A stretch of 64,000 nucleotides of DNA from Candidatus Dadabacteria bacterium (lineage in GTDB: Bacteria > Desulfobacterota_D > UBA1144 > Nemesobacterales > CSP1-2), in assembly GCA_963805855.1 (NCBI GenBank), contig CAWDVW010000002.1:544001-608000 (forward strand), in the 5' to 3' direction. The translations under genes and the position numbers were made by a program. The notes below the pieces were generated by a model. The model was given only the letters and a program-made list of their open reading frames with translations. It made no database searches and had not been told where the DNA came from. Below are positions 50,656 through 61,928 of this stretch, one piece after another; position 1 is the first letter of the stretch; each line of letters starts with the position of its first letter.

Positions 50656-52473
50656 ATGGCGCGAAGCAGCAGGCGAGATTTTTTGCGGCAGGCCGCTCAG
50701 GCGGGTCTGGCATTAGGAATCGGGTCACACTTGGGTGTGTTGACCGGGTGCGCAGACAGCGTTGATCAGGCCAGCGGCCGCTATGACGCAATCATAATCG
50801 GCGGTGGAACTGCAGGGGTGATTGTAGCCGCCAAGTTGCAGATTGCCAGTGGCGGGACAAAACGCATCCTCATCATCGAAGCAGGCGGACCAACCGCAGC
50901 AGCGATAGGAGGGACCGACTTTCCGCCTTGGCTGCCACTCGATCGCACCGACCTGACGATCTTCGACGTGCCAGGCGAGTACTCTCAGATAGCGAACATG
51001 CCGCTCGGAGCCCCATACAAACTCACAAATACTCCGTTCACCTATCAAGGAATCGGGATCGGAGGCAACAGCATGTTTAACGGCATGCTGTTCCAGACAA
51101 ACCCTCCGCTGGTATTCGACCGTTTCTGGCCGGCGGGTTGGCGCTGGAACGATATCCGGCCCTACTTCGACCGAGTACGAGAGAGTATCCCGGTGACGAA
51201 TACTCCATCGACGGATGGCATCCCCCAGAACACCGGCCCCGCGATGATCGCCCACCCACTATATGCCGAAGCCGGCTGGGTGGAAGCGGATACGAGCCGG
51301 CCTTTCATTGAGCGGGGTGTATACAGCCGCCCTTATGTCGCCACACAAGGCGGCATGCGGGCGAGCCCAATCAGCGGGTACTTCGAAGCCGTCGATCCCG
51401 GTGGGGTGGCGGTCGAAGGCCTGGAAATCCTGGAGTTTGCGAAGGCCGAACGGATCGATTTCGACATAACCGGTAGGGCACTCGCCGTGCACTACACCAA
51501 ACGGAGCAGCCTGAACCAGCAGCTTCCGGGCACTCCTGGAACCGCAAGGTTGCGGCGTGACGGGCTCCTGGTGATGGCGGCAGGAGCACTCGTGACCCCT
51601 CGGCTGCTTCTCCTAAGCGGGATCGGCCCACAAGGGCGTGAGACGGAAATCTTCCCCGGTCAATCACCGGCACCGTTCGAAATCGACAACCCACAGGTCG
51701 GCGTCGGCGTGTTCGACCACGTGCTCACCATGCTGACCTATAGCTACGAAGGACCCGTACCCTACTTAGCCTACAATTACGGCGATTACTCCGCGAATGA
51801 ATCAGACCTGCAGGCTTACCTGGAGGGAGGAAGAGGACCTTACGCCCAGTACCAGCCGGTGTCGATTCTGAATTACTCCTACGACTCCGATATACCGGAG
51901 GTCGAGGTCTTTATAAACCCGAACGGAGCCGGCACCCCCGGAGGTCCCTTTTATGGCCCAACCACCCTGTCTGCATTCGCCATGCTGCTGAATCCTAAGG
52001 CGCGTGGGCTCATCACGCTCGACGAAAATGGCAACGTGAAAGCGCCGGACATATACCTGCCGGATACGGAGGAAGGCGAAGCCGATACCACCCTGATGAC
52101 CCGGGCGGTGTTCGACCTCATCCAGCTCTTCCAGCAGGACCCGGGACTGAAGATCGTGTTCGGGCCTGGCAGCTCGAGCCATCCAAATCTGAATCCCGAC
52201 AGTCTCTCCGATATCCGAACGTATGTTACCGGCCCATCGCCGGTTGACGGCATCTTTTTCAGCCGGCTGATTGTCAACCATTTCGGCGGTACCGCAGCGC
52301 TCAGCGACGGCCCTGGAGGCGTCGATCCGGAGACCCTGATCCTGCGCGGCACGGAGAATGTGGCCGTGGTGGATGCCTCGCTCATCCCGACGGTCGTGAC
52401 GGCCCACCCGGTCGGTACCATCATGGCAATCGCAGACCGCGCCGGGGATATACTTGCGGCTCGCTGGATTTAA
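50656..52473 (+). CDS. Tat-exported GMC oxidoreductase (cellobiose dehydrogenase flavodomain-like)
   Basis: SRRDFL Tat motif and LTGC lipobox-like site; GGGTAG FAD site, GGNSMFNG, NHFGG, VVDAS and AHP. Confidence 0.85.
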   Translation: MARSSRRDFLRQAAQAGLALGIGSHLGVLTGCADSVDQASGRYDAIIIGGGTAGVIVAAKLQIASGGTKRILIIEAGGPTAAAIGGTDFPPWLPLDRTDLTIFDVPGEYSQIANMPLGAPYKLTNTPFTYQGIGIGGNSMFNGMLFQTNPPLVFDRFWPAGWRWNDIRPYFDRVRESIPVTNTPSTDGIPQNTGPAMIAHPLYAEAGWVEADTSRPFIERGVYSRPYVATQGGMRASPISGYFEAVDPGGVAVEGLEILEFAKAERIDFDITGRALAVHYTKRSSLNQQLPGTPGTARLRRDGLLVMAAGALVTPRLLLLSGIGPQGRETEIFPGQSPAPFEIDNPQVGVGVFDHVLTMLTYSYEGPVPYLAYNYGDYSANESDLQAYLEGGRGPYAQYQPVSILNYSYDSDIPEVEVFINPNGAGTPGGPFYGPTTLSAFAMLLNPKARGLITLDENGNVKAPDIYLPDTEEGEADTTLMTRAVFDLIQLFQQDPGLKIVFGPGSSSHPNLNPDSLSDIRTYVTGPSPVDGIFFSRLIVNHFGGTAALSDGPGGVDPETLILRGTENVAVVDASLIPTVVTAHPVGTIMAIADRAGDILAARWI

Positions 52474-52833
52474 CAATGCGCGCAAAGCCACGCCATGCGG
52501 TGAGGTTGGAAAACCCCGCCTAACCATTGTTGTCATCCCCGCGGACGGTTGGCGGGAATCCAAGTATCCGCACAAAGACCCGTCCCGACAGTTCGGCCTT
52601 GCTCAGGACAAGGGACTGGGGATTAATCAATTGAGGCCTATCCCCGTACCGTCCAGTTTACTCGTGCACTCCGACGAGCGAACTTAGCCTCCTAAAAGGA
52701 GGGACGTATGTTTTGTCCCTGCGGGTTAGAAAACCCCGCCTATCGCTATTCATAACCGTATTTATTAATGTGAAACCTTTTTTCTGTATCCTAGTTTATA
52801 CTAATGACATTACTTAATCAGGAGGACTGTGAA

Positions 52834-53112
52834 ATGAAGAGATTCTTCTTATTAGCAATTCTATTCTCCATCTTACTGGTTCCAGCTACGTCGATGGCGA
52901 AGACAAATTTCTTCTTCAATCTAGGCCTGGGCTTACCGCTTCCGGTCGTAGTAGCCCCGGCTCCTGTAGTTGTCGCCCCACCGCCCGTCTACGTGGCGCC
53001 GGCACCCGTTATTGTCGCGCCCCCGGTGTATGTCCAGCCCGGACCTGTATTCTATGGCCCACCGGGGTGGTATCATGGCTCAAAGCGCGGTTGGTACAAA
53101 TATCGCTGGTAG
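52834..53112 (+). CDS. Small secreted Pro/Val-rich protein
   Basis: GGAGG RBS, signal peptide and VVVAPAP repeats. Confidence 0.7.
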   Translation: MKRFFLLAILFSILLVPATSMAKTNFFFNLGLGLPLPVVVAPAPVVVAPPPVYVAPAPVIVAPPVYVQPGPVFYGPPGWYHGSKRGWYKYRW

Positions 53113-55389
53113 CTAGGTAACGGGAGGAAATCGTGGGACGCCATTACATTTGTTACGGTGTTTCTTTTTCTTTCTCAGCAATCTTGTTATTACAATAAAT
53201 ACGGGAGCCAGGAGATATAACGGTATTGATGGAGCAGAACCTATTGATGCAATAGAACAACCGCCTCCGCCTTCTGCTCCCAAATTCATTCCTTCACATG
53301 CATCTCCAATACCATCTTGATTGGTATCCGTCTGATCAGGGTTGGCAACTTCCACACAGTTGTCAATTATATTAACAACCCCGTCTCCATCGGTATCGGG
53401 ACTCGTTTTCATTGCCTCAGAGAGATTAAGCGGATTGCCCTCACCAGTCAATCTAACGTCGTCTAGAAAGTCTGAGGATGCCCTGAAATTATATTGTAAA
53501 TTTCTCCAGTCATCATGTCCCTTCAGTACGGCGCCGAAGCCGGTGCAGGGAGAATTACCGTTGTCGAGATTGTTTATATCAGCAGATACGTTCATATCTG
53601 TGGCATTGCCATTACGGTTCCAGTCTATTGCCATATCTGCTAAAGACATAAGAGAGGGGGAAGGCCCATATGCCGTTTTTAAGTCTGGAGCTCCGCCGAT
53701 TCCAAAGGCTTCATTTAAAGAGCTCTCATCTAGCGTAGCCAAATTTGAGCGTGAATAATCCAATACTCTTCCAATAATTTTGTAGTTATCTATCTGCTGA
53801 CTATAACTCATCACGCTCAGGTAGTTAGGTTTACAATTAATATTATCACCCCCACCATGGCGAAGACCGAGAGTGTGCCCTAGCTCGTGCATAAAAGTAC
53901 CGGCCTGCTGGTCAACAGTGCCTACTTGATGGCCCTTTATCTTTGCCCAGCTTCCAAGCGTTACAACAAAATCATTTCCGGGTAGCTCGCCGCATCCCGA
54001 CGTCCCATCGAGGCCGAGAAGGTTATGGGCAAAAAGCGCATAACGATAAACCAAGTGCTTTGCATTCAGGATATTTTCACTGTTTGGATCATTCCTTTCC
54101 GCTGCTGTCCCAAAACTCTTTGCCTTTATTTGGTCAAAATCAGGTACTTGTGGTGAAGCGTCAGTACAACCAGCAAATGACAGGTCATCGCTGTGCGCCA
54201 TAGCCTCCTCATCCACCAGAAGGTGTAAATTAATCCCCTTGCAATTAGAGCCATCCGGTTCGCAATCAACCGGGGCATTTTCAAATCCTTCCTTTACCAT
54301 ATCTAACGCTTTAGAGTCCGGTTTATGCTGAGCCATCCAGTCGATTTCAACAAAAACGTCCTTTCGCTCGGGATCAGCCCCCATTGCCGGAAGGTCAAAA
54401 TCTATTTGCCCGTCATTATTGAAATCGATGCCGTCGGTCTCCCAGCAGTCAAGAAGCCCATCGCCGTCAAAGTCCTTCGTTTCACCACCAGGGCACCTGG
54501 CCGTCGTTAAGTTTGGAGAGGGTGGAGGTTTCGTACCGCAGTCAAAGGTAACGTCAAACCCATGTGATTCCGGTGTACTTCCATCAGGGAGTTCTATAGA
54601 GTTCATGGTGACGATTGAAGACACAGCGCCGCGCCCTCGATTAGCCCCTGCAATCAACCTCATTCCTACCGAAAAAGCTGCGGAGCCATTTTCGAGTGGT
54701 ACATTGACCGTTCTTTTCCCTAGGAAATATGTGCTATCTTCGGGAAATGTAGCATCATCCCAATCCAGAGCCGCTAATTCTATTTGATCCCCTCCGCATG
54801 CTCTCTGAAATAAAGAGCAATCGCCAACCACCGGGTCGCAGGCTGGTTCATCTTCGATTTCACCTACATCGATGTCAAGTATCATTAAAGCGAGATTAAC
54901 AGCGTTTGATTCACCCGTCTCATCAAGGGAACAACTAACTATTCCCTCTGCAGAAAATGTCATATTTACAGAGTCTGGCAAGCTTCCTCCGCCATTGAGC
55001 CTGAGTGTGCAGCTCCACCTGGTGAAAGCCCTCGTGATTACTTCACCGCCCTCTCGGGATACATCATTATCGTCGGAACCATATGCAAAAACACTACCCG
55101 ATAGCAATGTGTTTAAATCAAATCCAGCAACTGTGCCGTGAGCATCCGAGTCCAGTAAGCCTATATCAGGATTTGTAAACTGAGGACCTGCAGTCTGACA
55201 GGAAGCAAATGCAAGATCCTCATCTTCATCAGTCTCGACAGTCTGGGCAGGTTCATCTTCTTTCGCATCGCATTCAGTAGACACCTCTGCCTTAGCCATT
55301 GCTTGCTTCACGTACCCAAAATGTAACCCAATGGCCACTAATAGTATAAGAAAAATCTTCTTCAGTTTTATCTTTTCGAACGGACTCAT
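53113..55389 (-). CDS. Secreted metzincin-like Zn protease with TSP3 repeat and GlyGly-Cys C-terminal anchor
   Basis: HELGHTLGLRH, SVMSY Met-turn, DTDGDG..DNC, and GGGGCS-TM-RKKKK tail. Confidence 0.8.
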   Translation of the reverse strand: MSPFEKIKLKKIFLILLVAIGLHFGYVKQAMAKAEVSTECDAKEDEPAQTVETDEDEDLAFASCQTAGPQFTNPDIGLLDSDAHGTVAGFDLNTLLSGSVFAYGSDDNDVSREGGEVITRAFTRWSCTLRLNGGGSLPDSVNMTFSAEGIVSCSLDETGESNAVNLALMILDIDVGEIEDEPACDPVVGDCSLFQRACGGDQIELAALDWDDATFPEDSTYFLGKRTVNVPLENGSAAFSVGMRLIAGANRGRGAVSSIVTMNSIELPDGSTPESHGFDVTFDCGTKPPPSPNLTTARCPGGETKDFDGDGLLDCWETDGIDFNNDGQIDFDLPAMGADPERKDVFVEIDWMAQHKPDSKALDMVKEGFENAPVDCEPDGSNCKGINLHLLVDEEAMAHSDDLSFAGCTDASPQVPDFDQIKAKSFGTAAERNDPNSENILNAKHLVYRYALFAHNLLGLDGTSGCGELPGNDFVVTLGSWAKIKGHQVGTVDQQAGTFMHELGHTLGLRHGGGDNINCKPNYLSVMSYSQQIDNYKIIGRVLDYSRSNLATLDESSLNEAFGIGGAPDLKTAYGPSPSLMSLADMAIDWNRNGNATDMNVSADINNLDNGNSPCTGFGAVLKGHDDWRNLQYNFRASSDFLDDVRLTGEGNPLNLSEAMKTSPDTDGDGVVNIIDNCVEVANPDQTDTNQDGIGDACEGMNLGAEGGGGCSIASIGSAPSIPLYLLAPVFIVITRLLRKKKKHRNKCNGVPRFPPVT

Positions 55390-55574
55390 ACTGCTATATC
55401 TGGGATGAAACTCCCGTCCTTCAGTATCGAGTAATCTGTCTCATTACACATGACAGTGGAGTTTTCATCGCGCCTTGCGACATCCCAGACCTCGCCTTTC
55501 GCTATAATACCAAAGCAGCAGGCTCTTAACTTTCAATCGACCATAAGCATTTAACATTATAGATCAACATTTTT

Positions 55575-55684
55575 GAGTATCTCACAAAAATAAGTCCCGG
55601 TCAATGAGTAATATCCCTTCCATATAAGCGGAGAAGTGTCTGTCCAGTGAAACGAATAAAAGTCCTCAAAATACTATGGCCTAC
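55575..55684 (-). promoter_or_regulatory. Duplicated ~110-bp promoter block, copy 1
   Basis: Aligns to 63325-63433; contains TTGACC-N17-GATACT on the minus strand. Confidence 0.65.
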
Positions 55685-55866
55685 CGTAACAACATTGGAC
55701 AGACACTTTTTATTCCTCGGCCTACTGTATTCGAACCATATGTGAAGGATTCATCAACTCTGAAAATCTCCCTACAAAAAGTGCCGGCCCTCAGGAAATT
55801 TGCGGCGGCACCCCTCGGATGCCGCCGCATTACTTCCGAAACCCTCGCTCAAGCGCTACTAAAGAC

Positions 55867-58055
55867 TTAAAAGCATAGTTGTGTAAAGATATTACAACAT
55901 TTGATATTAACTCCAGAGGTCCCTCCAGTACAAACCTCGTTATCGCCACAGACTTGGCATGTTCTTCCGAGAAAATTTGTGTTGCAGCACTCGCATTGTC
56001 CCGTCTCAACGTTGCACTCTTCTAACTGACTGCACGACTCCGAGACGCAGGAAGACTCCCTACAAACGGAAGAGACGCACTCAAGACCATCTGGACAAGA
56101 CTTATCCATGAAAGTACTCCCAGACTGACACAGACCACACTGGACATTGCTGCACTGTGTTACGGTAATAGAAGTACACGCATAAGCTATTCCCCAGCTT
56201 AAGCACTGTTCGCCAGCCGGGCACGTTCCAGGGCAAGTACCGCCGCATCCGTCGTCAGCGCCGCACGTCGCACCGTCGCAGGTAATGGGTACACATCCGC
56301 CGCCCGTCCCCGTGCAAATGCCCTCAACGCAAGCCCCAGTGCCACACGTGACGACAGTTGTACCGCCGCAGCCGTCATCGACCCGCTGGCCACACGCCGC
56401 ACCACCTAAAACGGTACGGAATGTTGGAAGACAGCATGTGCCATTAAAGCATTCGAAGCCCAGATCGCAAGTGCCACAATTAGCAAACACGCCACACCCG
56501 GCAGGCGCTTCGCCGCACGCAACAGAACACGTGCCAAAACAGCCTGTCTTTGGCTCACAGCCACCGTATGGCAGGCTGCAGTCAATGTCTTCCCCATCAC
56601 AGGTAAAATCAATTCTGTTTTCCCCTGGCCGATTCGGACGAATATCTGAGTTGTTGTCGTTGCAGTCCTCGGGAGCACAAAAGCCGTCACCATCATTATC
56701 GGACTTACCCAAGTCGGAAAAGCCGCATCCACATACACCGGGCGAGACCTTCATTGGATCGCTATCGCATTGATCGCAGGGCGGTCCGCTTCCATCTCCG
56801 TCCACATCCGTCTGGGCGGGGTTAGGAAGATTAAAGCAGTTATCCGTACAATTCGGCACGCCGTCTCCATCCTGGTCAAACGTATCGTCCTCCCCTGGAC
56901 ACACATCACACGCGTCTGGTACTCCATCCATGTCAGCATCCTCACTATTATTACCTTCGGGACACACATCACAGGCATTAGGAACCCCATCTCCGTCGTC
57001 GTCTATTCTGTCATCCCCTGCAGGGCAAACGTCGCATGCGTCTCCGAAAGTGTCCGCGTCTGCGTCCGCCTGGTCAAGGTTTGGATCGGCCGGGCAGTTA
57101 TCGCATACATCTCCGACACCATCTCCGTCCGAATCCGCCTGGTCCGCATTTACATCAAACCTACAATTATCACTTTCGTCAGGAATATTATCATTGTCAT
57201 CATCGGAATCACACTCATCTCCTTGTCCATCTCCATCGGTGTCCATCTGATTAGGATTGTAAACATCAGGACAGTCGTCCACATCGCCGCACACTCCGTC
57301 GCCGTCTGAATCATTGGCTGGATCAGCGGGACAAGCATCGCACACATCGCCCAAGGCGTCGCCATCCGTATTGGTCCTGATCCGCATTGGCAGCGTCCGG
57401 GCAATTGTCCACGATCGCCGCACACTCCGTCGTTGTCTGCGTCATTGGCTGGATCAGCAGGACAGGTGTCCTCGCCATTAAGAATTCCATCACCATCCAA
57501 ATCGCCATCGCAAACATTTCCTTCTCCATCACTGTCACTATCCATTTGATCAGGATTTCGATCGTTCGGGCAGTTGTCAACGTCGCCGCAAACTCCATCC
57601 CCGTCTGCATCATTGGCGGGATCAGCTGGGCAAGCAGTCACACGCATCGCCCAAGGCGTCCCCGTCGATCCGTGTTGGTCTGATCCGCAGTTTGGTCAGC
57701 GTCCGGGCAGTTGTCCATCATCGCCGCACAGCTCCGTCGCCGTCTGCATCGTTGGCTGCGATCATTAGGACAGTTATCGACATTAGTCGAGGACACCATC
57801 GTTGTCGTAATCGCAATCGGCGGTTCAATTACCGGCAGAAAATCGCCATGGGCTATGTGGCTCGACACTGATTTTGGAAGAAACTCGATGAATTGTATGA
57901 GGATTAGAAGGATTATCCGGAGGGAGATGGCACATAGTCACTTTGCCGTTATTCTTCGCCTCAGATTCCAGGACGGTTTGAGAAACGATGTAGAAGGCCA
58001 GGGCAACCGCCGTCAAAGCGGCAAAGGAAAAAATTATCTTTTGTTTCAGTTTCAT
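55867..58055 (-). pseudogene. Thrombospondin type 3 repeat, Cys-rich secreted protein, multiply frameshifted
   Basis: Signal peptide at 58055, KVTMCHLPPDNP..HTI...HIAHGD motif, DxDGDGVCGDVDNCP repeats spread over several frames, Cys-rich C-terminus. Confidence 0.75.
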
Positions 58056-58261
58056 TTTCTTTCTCCTTTTTTAATTTGCAAGCGTATTTTGACTATCCAT
58101 GCGCTCGGGGGGGGCGAGTGGTTGAGAAAATCAATTGCGCTCAAATGTGCAAGGAATAGATCTTATTAGCTTGTATGAATCCTGTGTAATCTTGCCCATA
58201 AATGCCTCCACTAAGAAAATGCTACATACCCATAGATAGATAATGGTAAGTGAGTACCCTT

Positions 58262-58340
58262 CTGTCTATACAACCTTGGATGTATTTTGGTTGTATATGA
58301 ATGTACAACCTTTTTACTGGTAGGAGCAGGTGATTCACGC
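58262..58340. promoter_or_regulatory. Duplicated ~80-bp operator block (TACAAC boxes), copy 1
   Basis: Aligns with 59675-59754. Confidence 0.6.
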
Positions 58341-58970
58341 AAGCGATGCGTGACAGATGTCCCTATTTTTCTAAGTTGCACGAATAAATTCCTGCCTACA
58401 AGCTTTTATTTGTAGGCACAGACTTGTCTGTGCCATTGAGCATAGCCAACGAGACCATGAATGAGCTTAAATGCGTAATCTACTCCCGTGTGAGGTGTGT
58501 TTGCTGTATTTCTGCTGGCGACTGCCTACTTATTTCAAACCTGAAAATGTATGGACTGATGCCCTCATCAGTCCACATCATGTTAGTTCAGGGAACGGGC
58601 GCTACAACTGGCCGGGTACAGACACCTATACCACAAGTGTTTGTTGTCATTCCTATCCTAATTAGCAACGGACGTGGATTTACTTGCACCAGCCAATAAT
58701 GTGGAGAAATAGAAAAATCCCCTCTGTGTCTCCCCTTTTAAAAAAGGGGAGAGGGACATTTCCAGTTAGTCAAACGGCTCCGTCTTCAATAGGGTCTGAC
58801 ACTATTATTTATAAAGACAGCGTCTACTGTGCCTATTTCACACTAAGTTGGAAAGACTATCATCGCTAATGAAAACTAGTTTCTACCCCCTATTTAATTT
58901 ATTAGGGAAGGAATACTCCCCCCCGCAAGCTTGCGGGGGGAGGATTGGGAGAGGATAGGGGCATGAGCTA

Positions 58971-59318
58971 TTAAACGTAGCGTCTCTTGTCCCCATGTTC
59001 TCTGGCTAAAAAACCTAGGTAGAGCCAACTAGTCGGCATACCCACCAATCGATATTCGCAGAGGGTAGGAGCGCCGATGCACGGCCCTAGTTCTCCAATG
59101 GAGTCAGTTGGGTTCACGGGTCTTAGGATACCGACCCCTCCTGCAAGCGAATCGCACTGGTCGCGGAGTGCCGCAACGTCGTCTGGGGAGGAGAGATTGC
59201 ACTGGAAACAGATGGGTACAGGTTGTGCGAAGGCGGTTTCCGCCCTATGTATTACCAGGGACACCGTGACAATAAGGAGTGCCCCTATTAAGAGCGCTAA
59301 TCGTATCATGCTACTCAT
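58971..59318 (-). CDS. Small secreted Cys-containing hypothetical protein
   Basis: GGAGG RBS before the ATG at 59318; signal peptide ending AFA. Confidence 0.55.
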   Translation of the reverse strand: MSSMIRLALLIGALLIVTVSLVIHRAETAFAQPVPICFQCNLSSPDDVAALRDQCDSLAGGVGILRPVNPTDSIGELGPCIGAPTLCEYRLVGMPTSWLYLGFLAREHGDKRRYV

Positions 59319-59674
59319 TTTGTACCTCCCTAAAACTTTGTTTTTTTCTCCGTCGGATTTAGTTTCAAAGCCCTCGCTCCAATGTCGACGCAACCGTTAG
59401 AGCAAGTCAAACTCTCATTTCTCCATATGTATCACCTCCCGTTTTACTGCTAAACGATCAGCTTGACTGAAACATGGAGACGTCCCCCTATTATCTAAAT
59501 TGTCTGTCCCGATGATGATTATCACTCCTAAAATTGTTTCTAATCGATTCTTTGTTTTCTCTAATTCGAACCCAATTTGAACTCAATAGTCCTTAAAAAA
59601 TCAAGATTCCGTCTCCATTTTCCAGAAAGTGCTAAAGGCCCATATGAATAGATAATAGATGAAATAATACTGGC

Positions 59675-59754
59675 CTGTCTATACAACTTTGGATATATTT
59701 TTGGTTGTACATCCATGTACAACCTTTTTGCTAGTAGAAGCGGGCGATTCACGC
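59675..59754. promoter_or_regulatory. Duplicated operator block, copy 2
   Basis: Contains the perfect palindrome GGTTGTACAT-CC-ATGTACAACC (59703-59724). Confidence 0.6.
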
Positions 59755-60103
59755 GACTTTTAGGAAGGAAAAGGGGTTCTTACTTCACTAAAAGCCCTAT
59801 TCCTTCTAAAGAAAGAAGGAGAAACTCTTAATCCCCTCTGTTTCCCCTTTGAAGAAAGGGGTGACGGGGGATTTAATTTCATGTTTCCCAAGGAAGGGGG
59901 TTAGGCCTTGTAATAACACATCATTCTTTATAAAACTATAATTATCGTACAAATCTTTTGAGAACTGAATTTCCAGGTGCGGTGTACGACCTAGAGCAGG
60001 GCGGTGGGGACTTACGAAAAGTCATCAGAATCATGCTTGATTGCAAGACCTGACGGTATTATTTGTACTACGTATCGCGCCTTTAAAAAGGTGGGAACAT
60101 CAC

Positions 60104-61278
60104 CTAACCCTCCTTTGGAAAAGGAGGGGGAAGAAGCGGACAGACACTTGTTCCACATTTAAGTCTGGTTGCGAGCTCATACCTGCCGGTAATGCCTAAC
60201 TTCCGATAAACCCGGTTCAAGTGTGTCTTGACGGTTTTATCAGTTATAAAAAGATGTTTTGCTATGACTTTATTGCTGTATCCCTCGACAGCCAGCTTAG
60301 CTATCTCGATCTCTTTTTTGTGAGATTATTATTGTAGATTGAGGCCCGATCATCTTTCCTCATAAGATAGTTTGCAATTATCGCTTTCATGATTTTTACG
60401 TCTCCAAATATTTCGCCCCTTCGAAGAAAACGTATTGCCTGAACCAATTTTGAAGACTTCGATTTCTTGGTTATGAATCCTTTAACGCCCAGGCTTAAAG
60501 AATCAACGACAAGCTGGTGATCGGGCGTGTGAAGCAGCAGTAACACTTGAGTCCAACATTTTTCTCCCTAATTGAGGTGATTAATTTACTGACATCCAAA
60601 TTTGGCGTGACTGTGTCAACAATTAAAACATCCGGAATTCCGCTATTGATAAAAGACTCAAGTTCATTCAGATTCGAAGCCCTTGCGATTATATGCATGT
60701 CACTTTCTGATTCTAGTAGCTTTTGCATGCCTTCAACAAGTATTGCAGACGGAGTGAGACTATCAGGGTGATCTGGCGAGCTTTTTGGAGTCTATTGTTC
60801 AGGCCATCAAACAATTGAATAACCGAACCGGAACGACGGGTATCTGATCGTCGCTCGGAAACCATGAACAAAACCCTTCCGAACACCGAATTTTGCGTAG
60901 TGTAAAAGTGCATTTGGCCAAAAACGTGTTCCCACGTTTATCGAACATCAAGAAATCGTGGATCAGCCCTTGGGATAGGTTGCTTATATAGTCCACCAGG
61001 TAACCCTTGATTCGATTCCTGTCTTTACTGTAAATGACTTTATCGATTGACTTACCCGTAAGCTCCTTTACACTGTATCCAAGCTGATTTGCACAAAACT
61101 CATTGGCGGAAATTATTTTCCCGTCTTTATTCATAACTAAGCACATCCGTTGCTCCACCCCATAGTTTTCCCTTCCCTCTCCGCGCAACATTTCGGAAAT
61201 TCTGAAGGGATTCTTCAAAGAAGCACTCGGCCCCCTCAATTTTCCGCCAAGATGTTTTACAAACATATGTCTCTTCAC
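60104..61278 (-). pseudogene. PAS-REC-LuxR response regulator, frameshifted
   Basis: Fragments: PAS (ANEFCANQLGYS..EL.GK), REC (PDVLIVD..LLLLH..GVKGFI) and LuxR (ITDKTVKTHLNRVYRKLG); similar to the C-terminal half of 37789-39234. Confidence 0.75.
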
Positions 61279-61928
61279 GCTGTGCCCCCGGACATAGTAC
61301 GTTTGTAAATATTTATCCCAAAAATTGGTGCCATAGTAAGGACAATCAATCCCGTCTTCAACCGAGGACTCTGACTTTCAAGGATGCTCCATCGGTTATG
61401 TATTCAATCACCTGTTCTCAAATTTAAGTAACGCAAAGCACCCTAACCATAAATGACATTTATCAACGTACCCCATTCGGTTAAAGAATTACACTTTAGC
61501 CAGATAGTGAACTATGCGAACAAAGTGAATCGTGCTTTTTTGGTATCTTACGCGGGCACAGCTACTACATTCTGATTGGTTCTCATTTTTCATCGGTTGT
61601 TTGCTCTCAAAACAATGGACGATAAACTACCAAGGACACGGCGCATAGTTTGCCATTTGTTAGCCGCTCGATTAGATGAAGGGACACCATTTTGTTAGGG
61701 TCTATCAAGACAACTTAGGCTTTTCCCGGACCCGAAGTCTTTCGCTCGTACCCGGTTTTCTACGTGTATTCATCAAACGATTCCCTACCTTATTCGTGGA
61801 TACGCAACGGGCCATGAAAAAAGGACATATCCGCCAGAAAATTTATCTAACAAAGGCGTCTGTTCCTGAGAAGTTTTACCGTTATAATTTATAAGCATTG
61901 GATCTCAAAATTTGTTCAGGAGCGTTTT

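Noticed and set aside
59415-59440. Strong RBS (GGAGGTGA) followed by ATG GAG AAA TGA on the minus strand
   Set aside because: Three-codon ORF; cannot distinguish a leader peptide from a decayed or mis-sequenced gene start.
61638-61654. GG-N10-GC sigma54-like motif
   Set aside because: About 280 bp from the nearest same-strand ORF and lacks the TGG start; could be chance.
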